Positions 43,706-55,030 are shown, counted from the stretch's first letter. The stretch: DNA of 64,000 nucleotides from an uncultured delta proteobacterium (GCA_963733195.1 CAVTCR010000053.1:1-64000), one strand, 5' to 3'. The notes: generated by a model from the sequence alone, not told the origin. Translations and numbers: made by a program.

Positions 43706-44898
43706 ATGGACTTCGAATATACCCCCGAACAAGAAGCGTTTCGTGTGAAGGTCCGCGAGTATGGCTAGAAAAGAATTTATCGAAAGAGTTATGTGTGGAT
43801 GACCCGCGCGATGAACGGATCGCGCCAGACTATGAGACCTTCGTCAAGCGTCGCGCTTGGCAGCGAAAGATGTATGAGGCTGGCTGGGTCGGTATTGCCT
43901 GGCCAAAAGAGTACGGCGGACAGGGAGCAAGCCTTTTGGAACAAGTCATTTTCGATGAAGAGTATACACGTGTTCGGGCACCGGTCTTACCCGGAACGTC
44001 CGGTTTGGCGCTGTGTGGGCCGACCTTAGCGCAGTGGGGCACGAGTGAACAAAAGCAGCGCTTCCTTCCTCGCATCCTGAGCGGAGATGACATCTGGTGC
44101 CAGGGCTATTCTGAACCTGGTGCAGGATCGGATCTCGCTGGGTTGCAGACGCGAGCCGTGGAAGATGGCGATTTCTTCATTGTCAATGGGCAGAAAGTGT
44201 GGACCTCTGGAGCGCAATACGCCAACTGGATATTCATGCTGGTGCGTACTGATCCGAACGCGGCAAAGCATAACGGTATTAGCTATCTGTTAGTTGATAT
44301 GAAAACCCCCGGGATCACAGTGCGTCCGCTAGTACTGGCGAACGGTCATGCACATTTCAATGAGGTCTTCTTCGAGGATGTTCGTGTTCCTAAAGCGAAT
44401 CTCGTTGGCCCGCAAAACCAAGGCTGGAAAGTGACTATCACCACCTTGATGTTTGAGCGAACGATGGCCGGAGGCGGCAACTATGCTGACCAAATTCAGC
44501 GACTGGCTGTGCTTGCTAAACAGATGCCGATTGATGGCCGCCCGGCGTGGGAACAAAGCTGGGTGAGACAGAAAATCGCTCAGTTATGGATTGAAGGTGA
44601 AAGCCTAAAATATACGCGGCTCCGAGGTTTGACGCGCCAACTTAAAGGGCAGCCACCGGGACCGGAAGGGTCGATGCTCAAACTCTGTGGCTCTGAAATT
44701 GGCATCCGCATCGCGCAATTCGCCAGTGAGCTGCTTGGTGCTAATGCCATCGTCAATGATGCGATGGAAGATGTTCCCGATGCGCCACGTTGGTTTAATC
44801 GTCTCCTAAGTGCTCGGCAGTACACCATCGCCGGTGGCACCAGTGAGATTCAGCGAAACATCATGGGCGAGCGGGTTTTAGGGTTGCCGAAGGGGTAA
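43706..44898 (+). CDS. Acyl-CoA dehydrogenase (N-terminal frameshift)
   Basis: MDFEYTPEQEAFR start; WCQGYSEPGAGSDLA, NGQKVWTS, TIAGGTSEIQRN. Confidence 0.92.
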
Positions 44899-45059
44899 GG
44901 CAGTAGTTTGTCTACTCTTGTGTATCTGGTATGAGAATGTTGATAGCGGACCAGGGGTCGCCGTCACCCATTTTGCCATTTCGCCTTTCCCCCTTATTCT
45001 TCTTTTCTGAACGTGGTAATGAAGCCTTCCGCCAGCCCTTAATTGAAGGAGAAATAAAC

Positions 45060-45515
45060 ATGGCCGGTAAATACTTTGATGAACTTACTGTCGGCGATGT
45101 GTTCAAACATCAGCCCGGACGAACGGTGACAGAAACAGACAACTTGCTGTTTAGCACGCTGACGCTCAACATGCAGCCGCTTCATCTCGATGCCGAATTC
45201 TCTAAGAACGCGGAGTTTGGCCAACGTTTAGTCAATAGTATTTTTACCCTTGGTCTTGCCGTTGGCGTGTCAGTGGCGGATACCACATTCGGGACAACAG
45301 TTGGCAATCTTGGCTTCGAGAAAGTCGAGTTTCCCAAGCCCGTGTTCATCGGCGACACCATTTACGCAGAGACAGAAGTGGTCGAGAAGCGAGAGTCAAA
45401 ATCCCGCCCACAGTGGGGCATTGTCGTCTTCGAGCATCGTGCGACTAACCAACGTGGCGAAGTGGTGATGAAGTGTCGTCGCGCAGGAATGATGCGGAAG
45501 AAAAATAGTAACTAG
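45060..45515 (+). CDS. MaoC-family dehydratase
   Basis: [30 protein letters not shown]. Confidence 0.9.
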   Translation: MAGKYFDELTVGDVFKHQPGRTVTETDNLLFSTLTLNMQPLHLDAEFSKNAEFGQRLVNSIFTLGLAVGVSVADTTFGTTVGNLGFEKVEFPKPVFIGDTIYAETEVVEKRESKSRPQWGIVVFEHRATNQRGEVVMKCRRAGMMRKKNSN

Positions 45516-45632
45516 TGAAGAATTAAGAGTGAAGAATTAAGTAAGTTAAGAGCGAAAGAGAGAAGAACGGGAAAGCCGAGGTGCTGTGTCTCTCTTTCAG
45601 AAATTCTCCATTCTTAATTTTTAACTCTTAAT
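45516..45632. repeat. Inverted heptamer arrays
   Basis: TGAAGAA TTAAGAG TGAAGAA TTAAG ... ATTCTCC ATTCTTA ATTTTTA ACTCTTA. Confidence 0.7.
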
Positions 45633-45646
45633 TGCCGGAGGTTATC

Positions 45647-46537
45647 ATGTCCCGTCTACGCCGCGCCGTGCATTTTGTTCCTGGCGCGAATGACAAAATG
45701 TTACAGAAGGCCCTGGCTCTGCCAGCGGATTCGTTAGTATTAGATTTGGAAGATTCAGTCACGCCCGAGAATAAGGATTCTGCCCGTGATGTCGTTACTA
45801 AATGGCTGAAAACGGTCAACTTCGGTCGCCAGGAACGCATGGTACGCATGAATCCTCTTGATACACCTTGGGGGGTGCCGGACCTGGAAGCGACAATGGA
45901 AGGGCGGCCAGATTCCTATCTGGTGCCTAAGGTGCGTACCAAAGACGATTTGCTGAAGATCGACACCATTCTCAGCCGCCGCGAGCGAGATCTCAATCTT
46001 CCTTCCGGCAGAGTCAAGCTCGTTGTGTTGGCGACCGAGACCCCGCAGGGTCTACTCAATATCCGTGACTTCGGTGCCTGCCCGCGCGTCGATGCGCTTT
46101 CTTGGGGTGCAGAGGATTTGTCGGCATCAATCGGTGCGCGGCGCAATCGCGATGAACACGGACAGTTTCTTGAAGTGTTCCGCTATGCCCGTATCATGAC
46201 ACTCTTAGCAGCGACAGCTGCGAATGTTCAGCCACTTGATACAGTCTATGTTGACATCAATGATGCCGAAGGGCTCCGTCGTGATTGTCTTGAAGGTGCC
46301 TGGATGGGATTTACTGGCAAGATCACCATTCACCCTACGCAAATCAATGTGGTGAATGAAATCTTCACTCCATCAGCTGAAGAGATCGCTGAAAGTAAGG
46401 AGCTGCTTGCTGCGTTCGAGGAAAACCAGAAAGTCGGGAAAATGGCGTTTAGCTTCAAAGGTCAGATGGTCGACGTTCCGCACCTGACTCGTGCTCGAAC
46501 GATACTGGAGCGCGCACGAGCGGCTGGCTTGGCGTAA
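45647..46537 (+). CDS. CitE-like (HpcH/HpaI family) CoA-ester lyase
   Basis: LDLEDSV, PKV, ETPQG, GAEDL, GFTGKITIHP, GQMVDVP. Confidence 0.9.
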   Translation: MSRLRRAVHFVPGANDKMLQKALALPADSLVLDLEDSVTPENKDSARDVVTKWLKTVNFGRQERMVRMNPLDTPWGVPDLEATMEGRPDSYLVPKVRTKDDLLKIDTILSRRERDLNLPSGRVKLVVLATETPQGLLNIRDFGACPRVDALSWGAEDLSASIGARRNRDEHGQFLEVFRYARIMTLLAATAANVQPLDTVYVDINDAEGLRRDCLEGAWMGFTGKITIHPTQINVVNEIFTPSAEEIAESKELLAAFEENQKVGKMAFSFKGQMVDVPHLTRARTILERARAAGLA

Positions 46538-46717
46538 GCAAGGATGGAAACTAAGGATTGAGTGTGGAGCACAAAAATCAGGAGTCACCTGATAACAGTC
46601 AGGAAGAAAACCCTGGCAATGGATCGCGCGTGTCCTCGTTTTTCCTCTCGCCTTTTAGGTTCCAGGCGCAGTCCGCAGCGTTCGGACGTCACGACTGCTC
46701 CTAAGGAGATTGAGCGA

Positions 46718-48117
46718 ATGGTTGGCATCATAGTTGTGGGTATCACGTGCCATTCTGTCGTTTAGAGCGAGAAAAGATCGGCCAAGCCTGGGCGCGACGA
46801 GCAGGGAAGGGGGAACGCGCGGCAATCTATTTTGATGAGGATGCACTTACCCTCGGTTTGGAAGCTGCGCAGCGGTGTATCGAAGACAAAGGCAAGGCTG
46901 GAGTTGATGGCTTGTACTTTGCCTCAACCTCCGCGCCTTTTCGGCAACGATCCTCGGCTAGCTTTATGGCTGCAGCTTGTGACTTGCCATCCGAATGTGA
47001 GACCAGTGATTTCAGTGGGACTCTTCGTTCGGCGACAGCGGCGCTTCGTGCCGGCTTTGACGCGTTGAGTAGTGGTCGGCTTTCTCGCGTCCTGATTGCT
47101 GCTGGTGAAGTACGGGACGGGCAACCAGAAGAAGGCGAAGAGGAATGGTTTGGTGATGCCGGTAGTGCAGTGATGCTTGGTCGCGACGGTGTAATTGCCG
47201 AGATTCTTGGAGTCGCGTCGCGGTCTGATGATCTCCTCGATGAATGGCGACGTGACACTGATGATTTTATTCAGACGCAATCCTCTCGCTTTGCCACGGA
47301 GCGTGGATATCAAGCCAATCTTGTTGCTGTTGGCCAAGCGTTAATGAAGAATCACGCGGTTCGTCCGCAGGATTGTGCAAAGATCATTCTCCCTTCACCT
47401 GATGGCCGAGCCCAAGTCAACGTTGCGAAAAAACTGGGGTTCCAGGATGCGCAAGTTCAGAATCCACTGTTTCAAGAGATTGGTGCGTGCGGAAGTGCGG
47501 CTCCCTTTCTCCTGCTTGCTGCAGCACTAGAAACGGCCAAACCAGGAGAACGGCTATTGCTGCTCAGTTATGGAGAAGGAGCTGATGGTTTTCTGTTGCG
47601 GGTGACCGATGAGATCGGCAAGCGCAAAATCTCACGGTCGCTGTCCGATCATCTTAGTGAAAAGCGTCTCTATCCCTCGTATACCATCTACAAGAAGATG
47701 CGGACCTACTTCGCGGAGAATGAGGACGGACCGGAACTGTCGAATGTGTTTCTCGCCAAAGAAGAGAAACAAAATGTGCGGCTGTATGGCACGCAGTGTA
47801 TGCGGTGTGGTACGCGGCAGTATCCAATCGCACGCGTGTGCATCTCTTGTAAGAACCACGACTCACTCCAAGAGGTACCGCTCGAACGTACAGGCTCGGT
47901 GTTTACGTTCACTCGCGATCACCTCTATGTTGCTGCCGATTCTCCGACCATCATGGGTGTTGTCGATGTGGACCAGGGAGGACGGCTCTATTTGCAAATG
48001 ACCGATGTTGATCCAGAAGACGTCCGCATAGGAGACCAAGTCGTATTGACTCTCCGGCGACGCAAAGAAGGAGCAACGATGCACCACTACTATTGGAAAT
48101 GTCGGCCTGCACGATGA
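46718..48117 (+). CDS. HMG-CoA-synthase-like domain fused to a DUF35 Zn-ribbon/OB fold
   Basis: DEDALTLG, FASTS, GDAG, SYGEG; C-terminal CMRCG...CISC and OB fold; frameshift near the start. Confidence 0.85.
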
Positions 48118-48118
48118 G

Positions 48119-48300
48119 GGTGTTGTCAACTTCTTGAGAGGCTTGCGCAGCTGCTGCGTGGTGTGACGTAATCAGGGCCTGGACATACGGTCTGGCATGA
48201 CGAAAGACAAGAATCCCCGGGTTCCTGTCGCGATCCTCAGCTACGCCGTGTGGCTCTACTTTCGGTTTTGCCTGAGCTTTCGTGATGTCGAAGAATGACT
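48119..48300 (+). mobile_element. IS6-family remnant (left end plus transposase N-terminus)
   Basis: GGTGTTGTCAACTT terminal motif; RFPVAILSYAVWLYFRFCLSFRDVEE. Confidence 0.65.
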
Positions 48301-48394
48301 GTTTGAACGGGGCGTCATTGTAACCTACGGGGGGATGCTGAGCCTGCCCTCGGTAGCAACTTAATATTCTCCTCTGTAAAAGAAAGCATACATT

Positions 48395-48798
48395 CTACGC
48401 AGCCTTTGCCACCGTACGCTTTGCGCGCCGCTTGCGTGTTGTCGGTTGAATGAAGCGAATCAGCTGGTATCTCCCACAAGGAGTGAAGCCGTCGGATCAT
48501 GTCGAGCGGAGCGGACGTTTCCGATTCAAGATTTCTGAGACGCGGCTTGCTGCCGAGGAATCTTCTCCAAGTCTTAGGCGCGTGAGACCCATTCTGTCGC
48601 ATGCGCAGCTCAGATAGCTGCGATTGGGTCTGGTGGATCAATCCGCCAATGCTTCGCTTCATAGGCTTCTACTAACATTACTAAGATGTCCAGCCGGTCG
48701 CCTTCTGGAGTACCAGGATCGGCATCCATGAGAGTGTCAATCTCGGTTAACACTACGTCATAGTCAGCTTCAGTCTTGATCGGTTTAATCGCCTTCAT
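48395..48798 (-). CDS. higA: HigA antitoxin (HTH), frameshifted
   Basis: IKPIKTEADY..PGTPEGDRLDIL..VEAYE..DPPDPIAAI, then DMIRRLH..WEIPADSL. Confidence 0.85.
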
Positions 48799-49097
48799 AC
48801 AGTCTCCGCATCAATCTTATCGTATTCGGCATGAGTCCCAACAAAGCGAATGTAGATCACTCGATATGGATAATTGATCTTTACAACCAGGCGGTACTTA
48901 TTGCCACAGATATTGAACACCACGCGGCTCCCCTTCAGGATACTAGCATCCCCGTACTGGACCTTTACCTCTACTGGGGTAGCCCAGTCGGCTTGACTCA
49001 CCTGAGCGTACCAGTCTTCCAAGGCTCTTTTGGCATCAGCAAAACGCCGCTCCCGTTCCCAGAACTGTCGCAGGGTACGCTTAGCGATAATCCGCAC
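48795..49097 (-). CDS. higB: HigB toxin
   Basis: VRIIAKRTLRQFW...VVFNICGNKYRLV...RFVGTHAEYDKID. Confidence 0.92.
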   Translation of the reverse strand: MRIIAKRTLRQFWERERRFADAKRALEDWYAQVSQADWATPVEVKVQYGDASILKGSRVVFNICGNKYRLVVKINYPYRVIYIRFVGTHAEYDKIDAETV

Positions 49098-49103
49098 GGT
49101 GAC

Positions 49104-49132
49104 ACTGTACTCCCATATTCCCAATTTGGGAA
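49104..49132 (-). promoter_or_regulatory. higBA promoter/operator
   Basis: Palindrome TTCCCAA-t-TTGGGAA (49118-49132); minus-strand TTCCCA-17 bp-TACAGT; GTG start 7 nt after the -10. Confidence 0.6.
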
Positions 49133-49254
49133 CAGAGCAGCATTAGACAGGAGCAAGAATCGGGGCTCCTACCAGAGAGAGTGCATCATTGCTAATTCTT
49201 GTCCTCAGAGGCGAGGAGAGGTATAGGGAGGGCATCTTACGCAAGGAGTGAGCG

Positions 49255-50121
49255 ATGCCACAGACAGGACGCCTCAATAAGGTCATTGAGTTATTGGAGC
49301 AAGGCAAGGTCGTTTTCGGTGGTGCGATCGTTGTCCCCGGCAATGTCGATGACGCCATCGCGTTTGGTGATATGGGGTATGATTTCATCATCTTTGAGAT
49401 GGAGCATGAAGGCTTCCACCTGCCAAACCTGCGCTTCTCGTTGCAGTTCCTCTTAGATCGCAAACGGATCGCCACCAAGGGTAGCCTCCAACCCGACATG
49501 GTTCCCTTTGTCCGTGTTCCCCCGAACGCGCGGGAGCAAAATCAGTGGGTCATCAAGCAAACGTTAGATACAGGTGTCTATGGGCTCATCGTGCCGCATT
49601 TGGATACGGTCGAGCAGGCCCGCGCCGCAGTGATCGCTTGTCGCTATCCACAAGCCTTGGGGGTGTCGGATCACGAGCCAGTAGGTCAGCGCGGCTGGGC
49701 GCCGATGTGGGCCGCACGATATTGGGGCCTCAACGTGCAAGAATACACGGCAGCGGCCGATCTGTGGCCGCTCGACTCTCAGGGTGAAATGTTTTTCATG
49801 CCGCTTATTGAAGGAGTGGAGGGGGTGCGGAACCTGCCGCAGATTTTGCGAGAAGTTAAAGGCATCAGTGCCATCTGGGCGGGTTCGGGCGACTTGGCTA
49901 TGGAATTAGGTGTTCCCTGCAATTTCGGCGATCCACGAGTGGAAGAGGGGATGCAGCAGATTCTGAGTGCTTGCAAACAGTTCAACGTGCCGTGTGCGTG
50001 TATTGCGTTTCGCGAGGAGGATGTAGCGAAACGGATTGAGCAAGGCTTTCGCATCATCATTACGATCCCCACTCGCACCGATCGGGCTTTTGCAGCAGGG
50101 AAAAAACTGGCTAGTCGGTAG
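49255..50121 (+). CDS. HpcH/HpaI aldolase family protein
   Basis: DFIIFEMEH, PFVRVP, LDTGVYGLIVPH, PLIE, GSGDL. Confidence 0.88.
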   Translation: MPQTGRLNKVIELLEQGKVVFGGAIVVPGNVDDAIAFGDMGYDFIIFEMEHEGFHLPNLRFSLQFLLDRKRIATKGSLQPDMVPFVRVPPNAREQNQWVIKQTLDTGVYGLIVPHLDTVEQARAAVIACRYPQALGVSDHEPVGQRGWAPMWAARYWGLNVQEYTAAADLWPLDSQGEMFFMPLIEGVEGVRNLPQILREVKGISAIWAGSGDLAMELGVPCNFGDPRVEEGMQQILSACKQFNVPCACIAFREEDVAKRIEQGFRIIITIPTRTDRAFAAGKKLASR

Positions 50122-50147
50122 ACGTGATCGAGAAAGGAGATTGAATC

Positions 50148-51075
50148 ATGCCGGAATGGAAACCGCCAACGCAGACTGAGGTTGAAGGATACTTTAAGCG
50201 TCTCAATAATTGGGGACGTTGGGGAAACGACGATCAGCGTGGCACGCTCAATTTGATTACTCCAGAGAAGCAAGCGACTGCGGTTGCTTTGGCCCGCAAG
50301 GGGCGTGTGGTCTCGCTGTCGCGGGATCTTACGACACAGCAACCAACGTTAGACTATCACATGTTGTGTCCGGTCCGACGTGGTAACTCTAAAGCTGCAG
50401 TCGATTATTTCGGGCTGGTGTATCATGGGCTCACGGTGACTCACATGGATGCCCTCTGTCATGTCGAGTATCAAGGGCAAGCTGTATAATGGCCGAAGCT
50501 TTGACGACAGTGTCCGTTTCGGCGGAGCCCAATGGGGTGCACTGGATGTGTGGTTCGACGGTGTTGTCACTCGTGGTGTGTTGCTCGACGTTGCGGCTGG
50601 ACGAGCAGAAGGATACGTCGATATTGGCAAACCTGTGACTCCTCCCGAACTAGATGCGGCTGCGGCCCGAGCTGGAATCAAGGTCGAGTCTGGCGATGTC
50701 GTCGTGATACGCAGTGGGCGGGCACCGTATGAAGCTGCGAAGACCAGTCTTGCCGCCGCGATTTCTCCGCAGAGCTTCACTGTGAATGCTCGCCCTGGTC
50801 TGCATATCGCCTGCCTGGAGTGGTTACGCGAACATGATATCTCAGCAGTCGCGTGGGATATGCTGGATGAATATCCAGTTGGCTATAATGGGATCGATTT
50901 TGGTGTCCATCTGGGGATTCCGTTTCTGGGGCTATGCCTGATTGATAATGCCGATCCTGAGCGTCTAGTAGCTGCCTGTGCAGAGGAGAAGCGGTACGAG
51001 TTTCTCTTTGTTGCCATGCCGTTGCGCATTGCCGGGAGTACGGGGTCTCCTTGCCAGCCAGTCGCTATTTTTTAG
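50148..51075 (+). CDS. Cyclase family (kynurenine-formamidase-like) protein, one frameshift
   Basis: NNWGRWG.DDQRGTLN, HG.TVTHMDALCH, GSTGSP. Confidence 0.88.
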
Positions 51076-51152
51076 TTTACAGGGAGAATTTCTCCTGTAC
51101 CGCTCTGGTAGTACGGCAGTCACGGCTTTCTCCATCTAAGTACGGGCAACCA

Positions 51153-51599
51153 CTACTTCGCGGGCTTCAGCTTCGCCCCGTGTTGAGCGAAATACGTTCC
51201 CAAGCGACCGGCTTCTGCATCTGTTATCGAGTCTGTAAGGCGACGAATGCGGTCGCCTGCAAACACGGCCCGTTCTTCGCCTTCCATGCGGCAGTTTGGT
51301 GCACCGGCAAGCGTATAAATCCCGGCCCACCGTACCCATACCTCGCCATCCTTCTCGCTTGGACCTTCGAGCACTTCGATTGTGCGCGAATCGAAACGAC
51401 GATCCAGACCGTTGACGGAATTCTTGAATTGCGCGAGGACGGCAGCTCGCCCTTCATACTTCCCACCAAACGGTGCCGGTGCAATAAACTCGTACACCGC
51501 ATCTTCGGTGAAAAACGGTTCGAGCTTCGACCAGTTGTCACTCGCGTATGCTTCTTCAAAAGCCGTGGCGTACGCTACATATCGATCAATTGTTCCCAT
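51153..51599 (-). CDS. SnoaL/NTF2-like protein
   Basis: FFTEDAVY...YEGRAAV; AGGAGG RBS. Confidence 0.8.
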   Translation of the reverse strand: MGTIDRYVAYATAFEEAYASDNWSKLEPFFTEDAVYEFIAPAPFGGKYEGRAAVLAQFKNSVNGLDRRFDSRTIEVLEGPSEKDGEVWVRWAGIYTLAGAPNCRMEGEERAVFAGDRIRRLTDSITDAEAGRLGTYFAQHGAKLKPAK

Positions 51600-51623
51600 A
51601 AGGTTCCTCCTTAAAAATGAATA

Positions 51624-51950
51624 TTAGAGCCGTGCTGTTTGTGGGTGTGCCAGCAAGTTTGGCTCTGTACCGAAGCGGCGGATCAAATAGAGCAACGGAC
51701 CAACGCTGCCGAGTGCGAGTGTAAGAAGCACGTAAGGAACGAGTGAAATTCCTTGGATTTTTGCGTCCTTATACATCCACCAAAGAATCAAACTTAAGGC
51801 TATAGAAAGATCGACAAGCGCGGCGATAGTGGCGCTGTTGGCCAATATCAATTCCCAGAAGCCGATATAGCCGTACTGATAGATGACATAGGCGTTAAGA
51901 CCTAAGAAGCTCACGAGGACAGCTTCTAATCCGAGTTGTTTGGCATTCAT
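51624..51950 (-). CDS. Small membrane protein (DUF2834-like)
   Basis: VDLSIAL..WWMYKDA....PY..LTL.LGSVGPLLYL. Confidence 0.7.
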   Translation of the reverse strand: MNAKQLGLEAVLVSFLGLNAYVIYQYGYIGFWELILANSATIAALVDLSIALSLILWWMYKDAKIQGISLVPYVLLTLALGSVGPLLYLIRRFGTEPNLLAHPQTARL

Positions 51951-52015
51951 GATAGACTCCTTTCTTTTGACTTTTCTGCGAGCGGGGAATTACAGGTGTC
52001 TGGCTTTCGTGACTA

Positions 52016-52031
52016 AGCAACTGCTGTGCCG
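52016..52031 (-). promoter_or_regulatory. sigma54 promoter
   Basis: Minus strand CGGCAC-AGCAG-TTGCT; candidate UAS GTTGCA-actc-TGCAAC at 52118-52133. Confidence 0.7.
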
Positions 52032-52238
52032 CTGCTGGAGATCTCGGGCGAAACCTTGTGTCCTCTGTTCTTGCATGGTTGCGCGCGAATATCCTCATCG
52101 GTGCTGTGACAATAAATGTTGCAACTCTGCAACGTGCGTGGCGTCGAGTGCAACACGCAACACGTAAACGTAGTCACGAATGCCTGACACGTCCACTCTG
52201 AAACGGCAGGTACGTTCTTTGCTCTCATCAGTGCTAAT

Positions 52239-53231
52239 ATGCAAAGCATTATGCACGCTACGCGACGATGGAGTCTCTGGGGATTGTTTGCCGGTGCCCT
52301 CATGGGATTGGGCGATTTACTCGCCTTTCTCTCATTTGGCCTAGAAATGAATTGGGCCGGACGAAGTGTGATGACGGAGGTCATGATCCTCTTCATGGTG
52401 ACGTACGGAGTCCTCGGATATGTGATTGGCAAACTCATGGAAGCGCGCGCGCAAGCGCGAGCAGATGCCCGCACCATTGAATCTCAACTCCATGCGCTCG
52501 AAACCTCGCAACGTCTCGCGCTGCAAAACGAGAAACTCGCAGCGATCGGCCGCCTTGCTGCTGGTATCGCCCACGAGGTACGCAATCCGCTCGGCGTGAT
52601 TCGTGCCTCGGCGTCGATGGTACAAGAACATTTCACTGCTGGTGAAGAAGCATATCGTGCGTGCGATTTTATTCGTGAGGAGATCGATCGATTGAATGGA
52701 TTGATTACCTCATTATTAAATTTTGCGCGACCTGCGGAGTTGCGCTTACAGCCGGTTGCCATCGAACAGGTCATCGATAAAGCCCTCCACCTGACCAGCG
52801 ACGAATTGCAACGTCGTGGCATTACCCTCACGCGCGAGAGCACTGGTACGTTACCACTGGTGTTGGCTGACCCGGATCTCGTGGCACAAGTTGTGTTTGG
52901 GTTGCTGGTAAACGCAGCCGAGGCGATTGATCAGAACGGCCTGATTATTGTACGTACCGTGAGTGAGCAAAACGAAGTTGGTGTGGAGGTTATCGATACC
53001 GGACCAGGGATCTTGCCGACCGATAGCGAGCGGATTTTTGAGCCATTCTTTACCACAAAACCAACTGGCACTGGCTTGGGATTACCTATGGCCGCACGGA
53101 TTGTGCAAGCGCACGGAGGAACGATCGAGGTTGTGACGGACAAGAATGTAGAAAACAAGAACACAGGGGCACGGTTTCGTATCCGACTGCCGCTGCAAGG
53201 GCCGGTAGCGGTACAGAGGCATGCTGCATGA
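52239..53231 (+). CDS. Membrane sensor histidine kinase (NtrB/AtoS-like)
   Basis: Two TMs, AHEVRNPL, NAAEA, DTGPG, FEPFFTTK, GTGLGL. Confidence 0.92.
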   Translation: MQSIMHATRRWSLWGLFAGALMGLGDLLAFLSFGLEMNWAGRSVMTEVMILFMVTYGVLGYVIGKLMEARAQARADARTIESQLHALETSQRLALQNEKLAAIGRLAAGIAHEVRNPLGVIRASASMVQEHFTAGEEAYRACDFIREEIDRLNGLITSLLNFARPAELRLQPVAIEQVIDKALHLTSDELQRRGITLTRESTGTLPLVLADPDLVAQVVFGLLVNAAEAIDQNGLIIVRTVSEQNEVGVEVIDTGPGILPTDSERIFEPFFTTKPTGTGLGLPMAARIVQAHGGTIEVVTDKNVENKNTGARFRIRLPLQGPVAVQRHAA

Positions 53232-54631
53232 AGCCGCAGTTACTGATTCTTGATGATGAACAACGCATGGTCGATATTCTCGCGATGGTTCTTCGTCGTG
53301 AAGGTTACGAGGTGCAGTCGTTCATACAACCCGCCAGTGCCCTTGAGGCGCTGCGTACAGAACCCTTTGATCTGTTATTGACCGATTTGAAGATGCCTGG
53401 CGCAGATGGCCTTACCGTGCTCCGTGACGCCAAGACAATTGACCCTGAGTTGCCGGTGATTCTGATTACTGCCCATGCGACCGTGGCAACTGCGATCACC
53501 GCGATACGAGAAGGCGCGTTCGATTACGTCGAAAAACCCTTCGACAATGACGAACTCAAAACTCTCGTTCACCGCGCGCTCGATGTCACACGTTTGGCGC
53601 GTGAGAACCGCTACCTGCGAGCTGAGCTGCGCAGCCGCTATCAATTGGATTCGTTGGTGGCAGAGAGTAGTGCGATGCGCGAGGTGCTTGAGCTTGTCCG
53701 CCGCGCGGCCCGGAGTCGGAGTACAGTACTCATTACGGGTGAGAGCGGAACCGGAAAAGAGGTTATTGCCCGAGCTGTGCATTATCACAGTGACCGGGTT
53801 GGGAAACCCTTTCTTGCCGTCAACTGTAAGGCATTCGCCGAGAGTGTATTAGAGTCAGAGTTATTCGGTCATGAAAAGGGAGCCTTTACTGGCGCCGACC
53901 GAGCTAAGCCTGGACTCTTTGAACGAGCCGATGGTGGAACGCTCTTCTTGGATGAGATTGCAGAAGTCAGTGCTGACTTCCAGGGAAAGTTGCTTCGAGT
54001 GCTGCAAGAGCGCAAGTTCTATCGGGTTGGTGGCACAGCCGAACGCGCGACGGATGTACGACTGGTGGCTGCAACCAATCGGGAACTTCGTTCAGAGGTT
54101 ACAGCCGGACGATTCCGTGAAGACCTCTACTTTCGTCTTGCAGTGATTCCTATCCATTTACCACCATTGAGAGAACGTCATGAGGATATATTGCCGTTAG
54201 CTCGCCACTTTCTTGCCAAATGGAATACGGAACTGTCACGCAAAGTGACAGGGTGGAACCCAGCGGTAGAAACGTACCTCCTGCATCATTCATGGCCCGG
54301 TAATGTGCGCGAACTGGAAAATACTATCGAACGAGGAGTAGTGTTAGCTCAGCATGAGTGTATTGAGTTGGAAGATTTATTGATTGACGTCAATACAGAA
54401 GCTCCATCTCGTGAAGCGGGCACTCAGAGTGAAAACCTGCAAACGTTTCTCGACCGTGCAGCTGCCGACCACGTGCGCGCAGTGCTTAAAGAGGTCGGTG
54501 GTGCTCGGATTGAGGCCGCGAAACGGTTAGGGATTGAACGGACGACGCTGTATCGGTTGATGCGGAAGTATGGGATTGCTGAGCTCGTAGGAGCGTATGG
54601 TCTACGCTCCTACGAGAGCAAAACACTGTGA
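53228..54631 (+). CDS. sigma54-dependent response regulator (NtrC family)
   Basis: REC domain, GESGTGKE, GAFTGA, Fis-type HTH. Confidence 0.94.
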   Translation: MKPQLLILDDEQRMVDILAMVLRREGYEVQSFIQPASALEALRTEPFDLLLTDLKMPGADGLTVLRDAKTIDPELPVILITAHATVATAITAIREGAFDYVEKPFDNDELKTLVHRALDVTRLARENRYLRAELRSRYQLDSLVAESSAMREVLELVRRAARSRSTVLITGESGTGKEVIARAVHYHSDRVGKPFLAVNCKAFAESVLESELFGHEKGAFTGADRAKPGLFERADGGTLFLDEIAEVSADFQGKLLRVLQERKFYRVGGTAERATDVRLVAATNRELRSEVTAGRFREDLYFRLAVIPIHLPPLRERHEDILPLARHFLAKWNTELSRKVTGWNPAVETYLLHHSWPGNVRELENTIERGVVLAQHECIELEDLLIDVNTEAPSREAGTQSENLQTFLDRAAADHVRAVLKEVGGARIEAAKRLGIERTTLYRLMRKYGIAELVGAYGLRSYESKTL

Positions 54632-54678
54632 GATGTGTGCCTCTGCGATATCTGCTGGAACTAAATATTCGACCTGTC

Positions 54679-54924
54679 TTACGCTTGCTTGACGAGACGC
54701 AGTACAAAAAGGAGGACAAGAGCGCCAACCGTCGCAACAATGAGAGCGCCTAGCAGACCTCCACCGGCAGAGACGCCGAGGCTCCTGAAGAGAAATCCTC
54801 CAATCAACGCACCAATGACGCCGACAACGATGTCACCGACAGTACCGAAACCGCCGCCTTTCATAAGTTGTCCGGCGAGCCAGCCAGCCGCTAAACCAAT
54901 GAGGATGAACCAAAGGAATTCCAT
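54679..54924 (-). CDS. GlsB/YeaQ/YmgE family membrane protein
   Basis: IGLAAGWLAG..MKGGG.G..GDIVVGVIGA. Confidence 0.88.
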   Translation of the reverse strand: MEFLWFILIGLAAGWLAGQLMKGGGFGTVGDIVVGVIGALIGGFLFRSLGVSAGGGLLGALIVATVGALVLLFVLRLVKQA

Positions 54925-55030
54925 GGCTTTCTCCTTTCTTCAGGGGGAACGAAGAAATCCTTCCCCCTCCGTTTTAGACAACTCAGCCCAGCAGACATTT
55001 TCTCTAGCGATAGTTGAGTAGGCTTGATCT

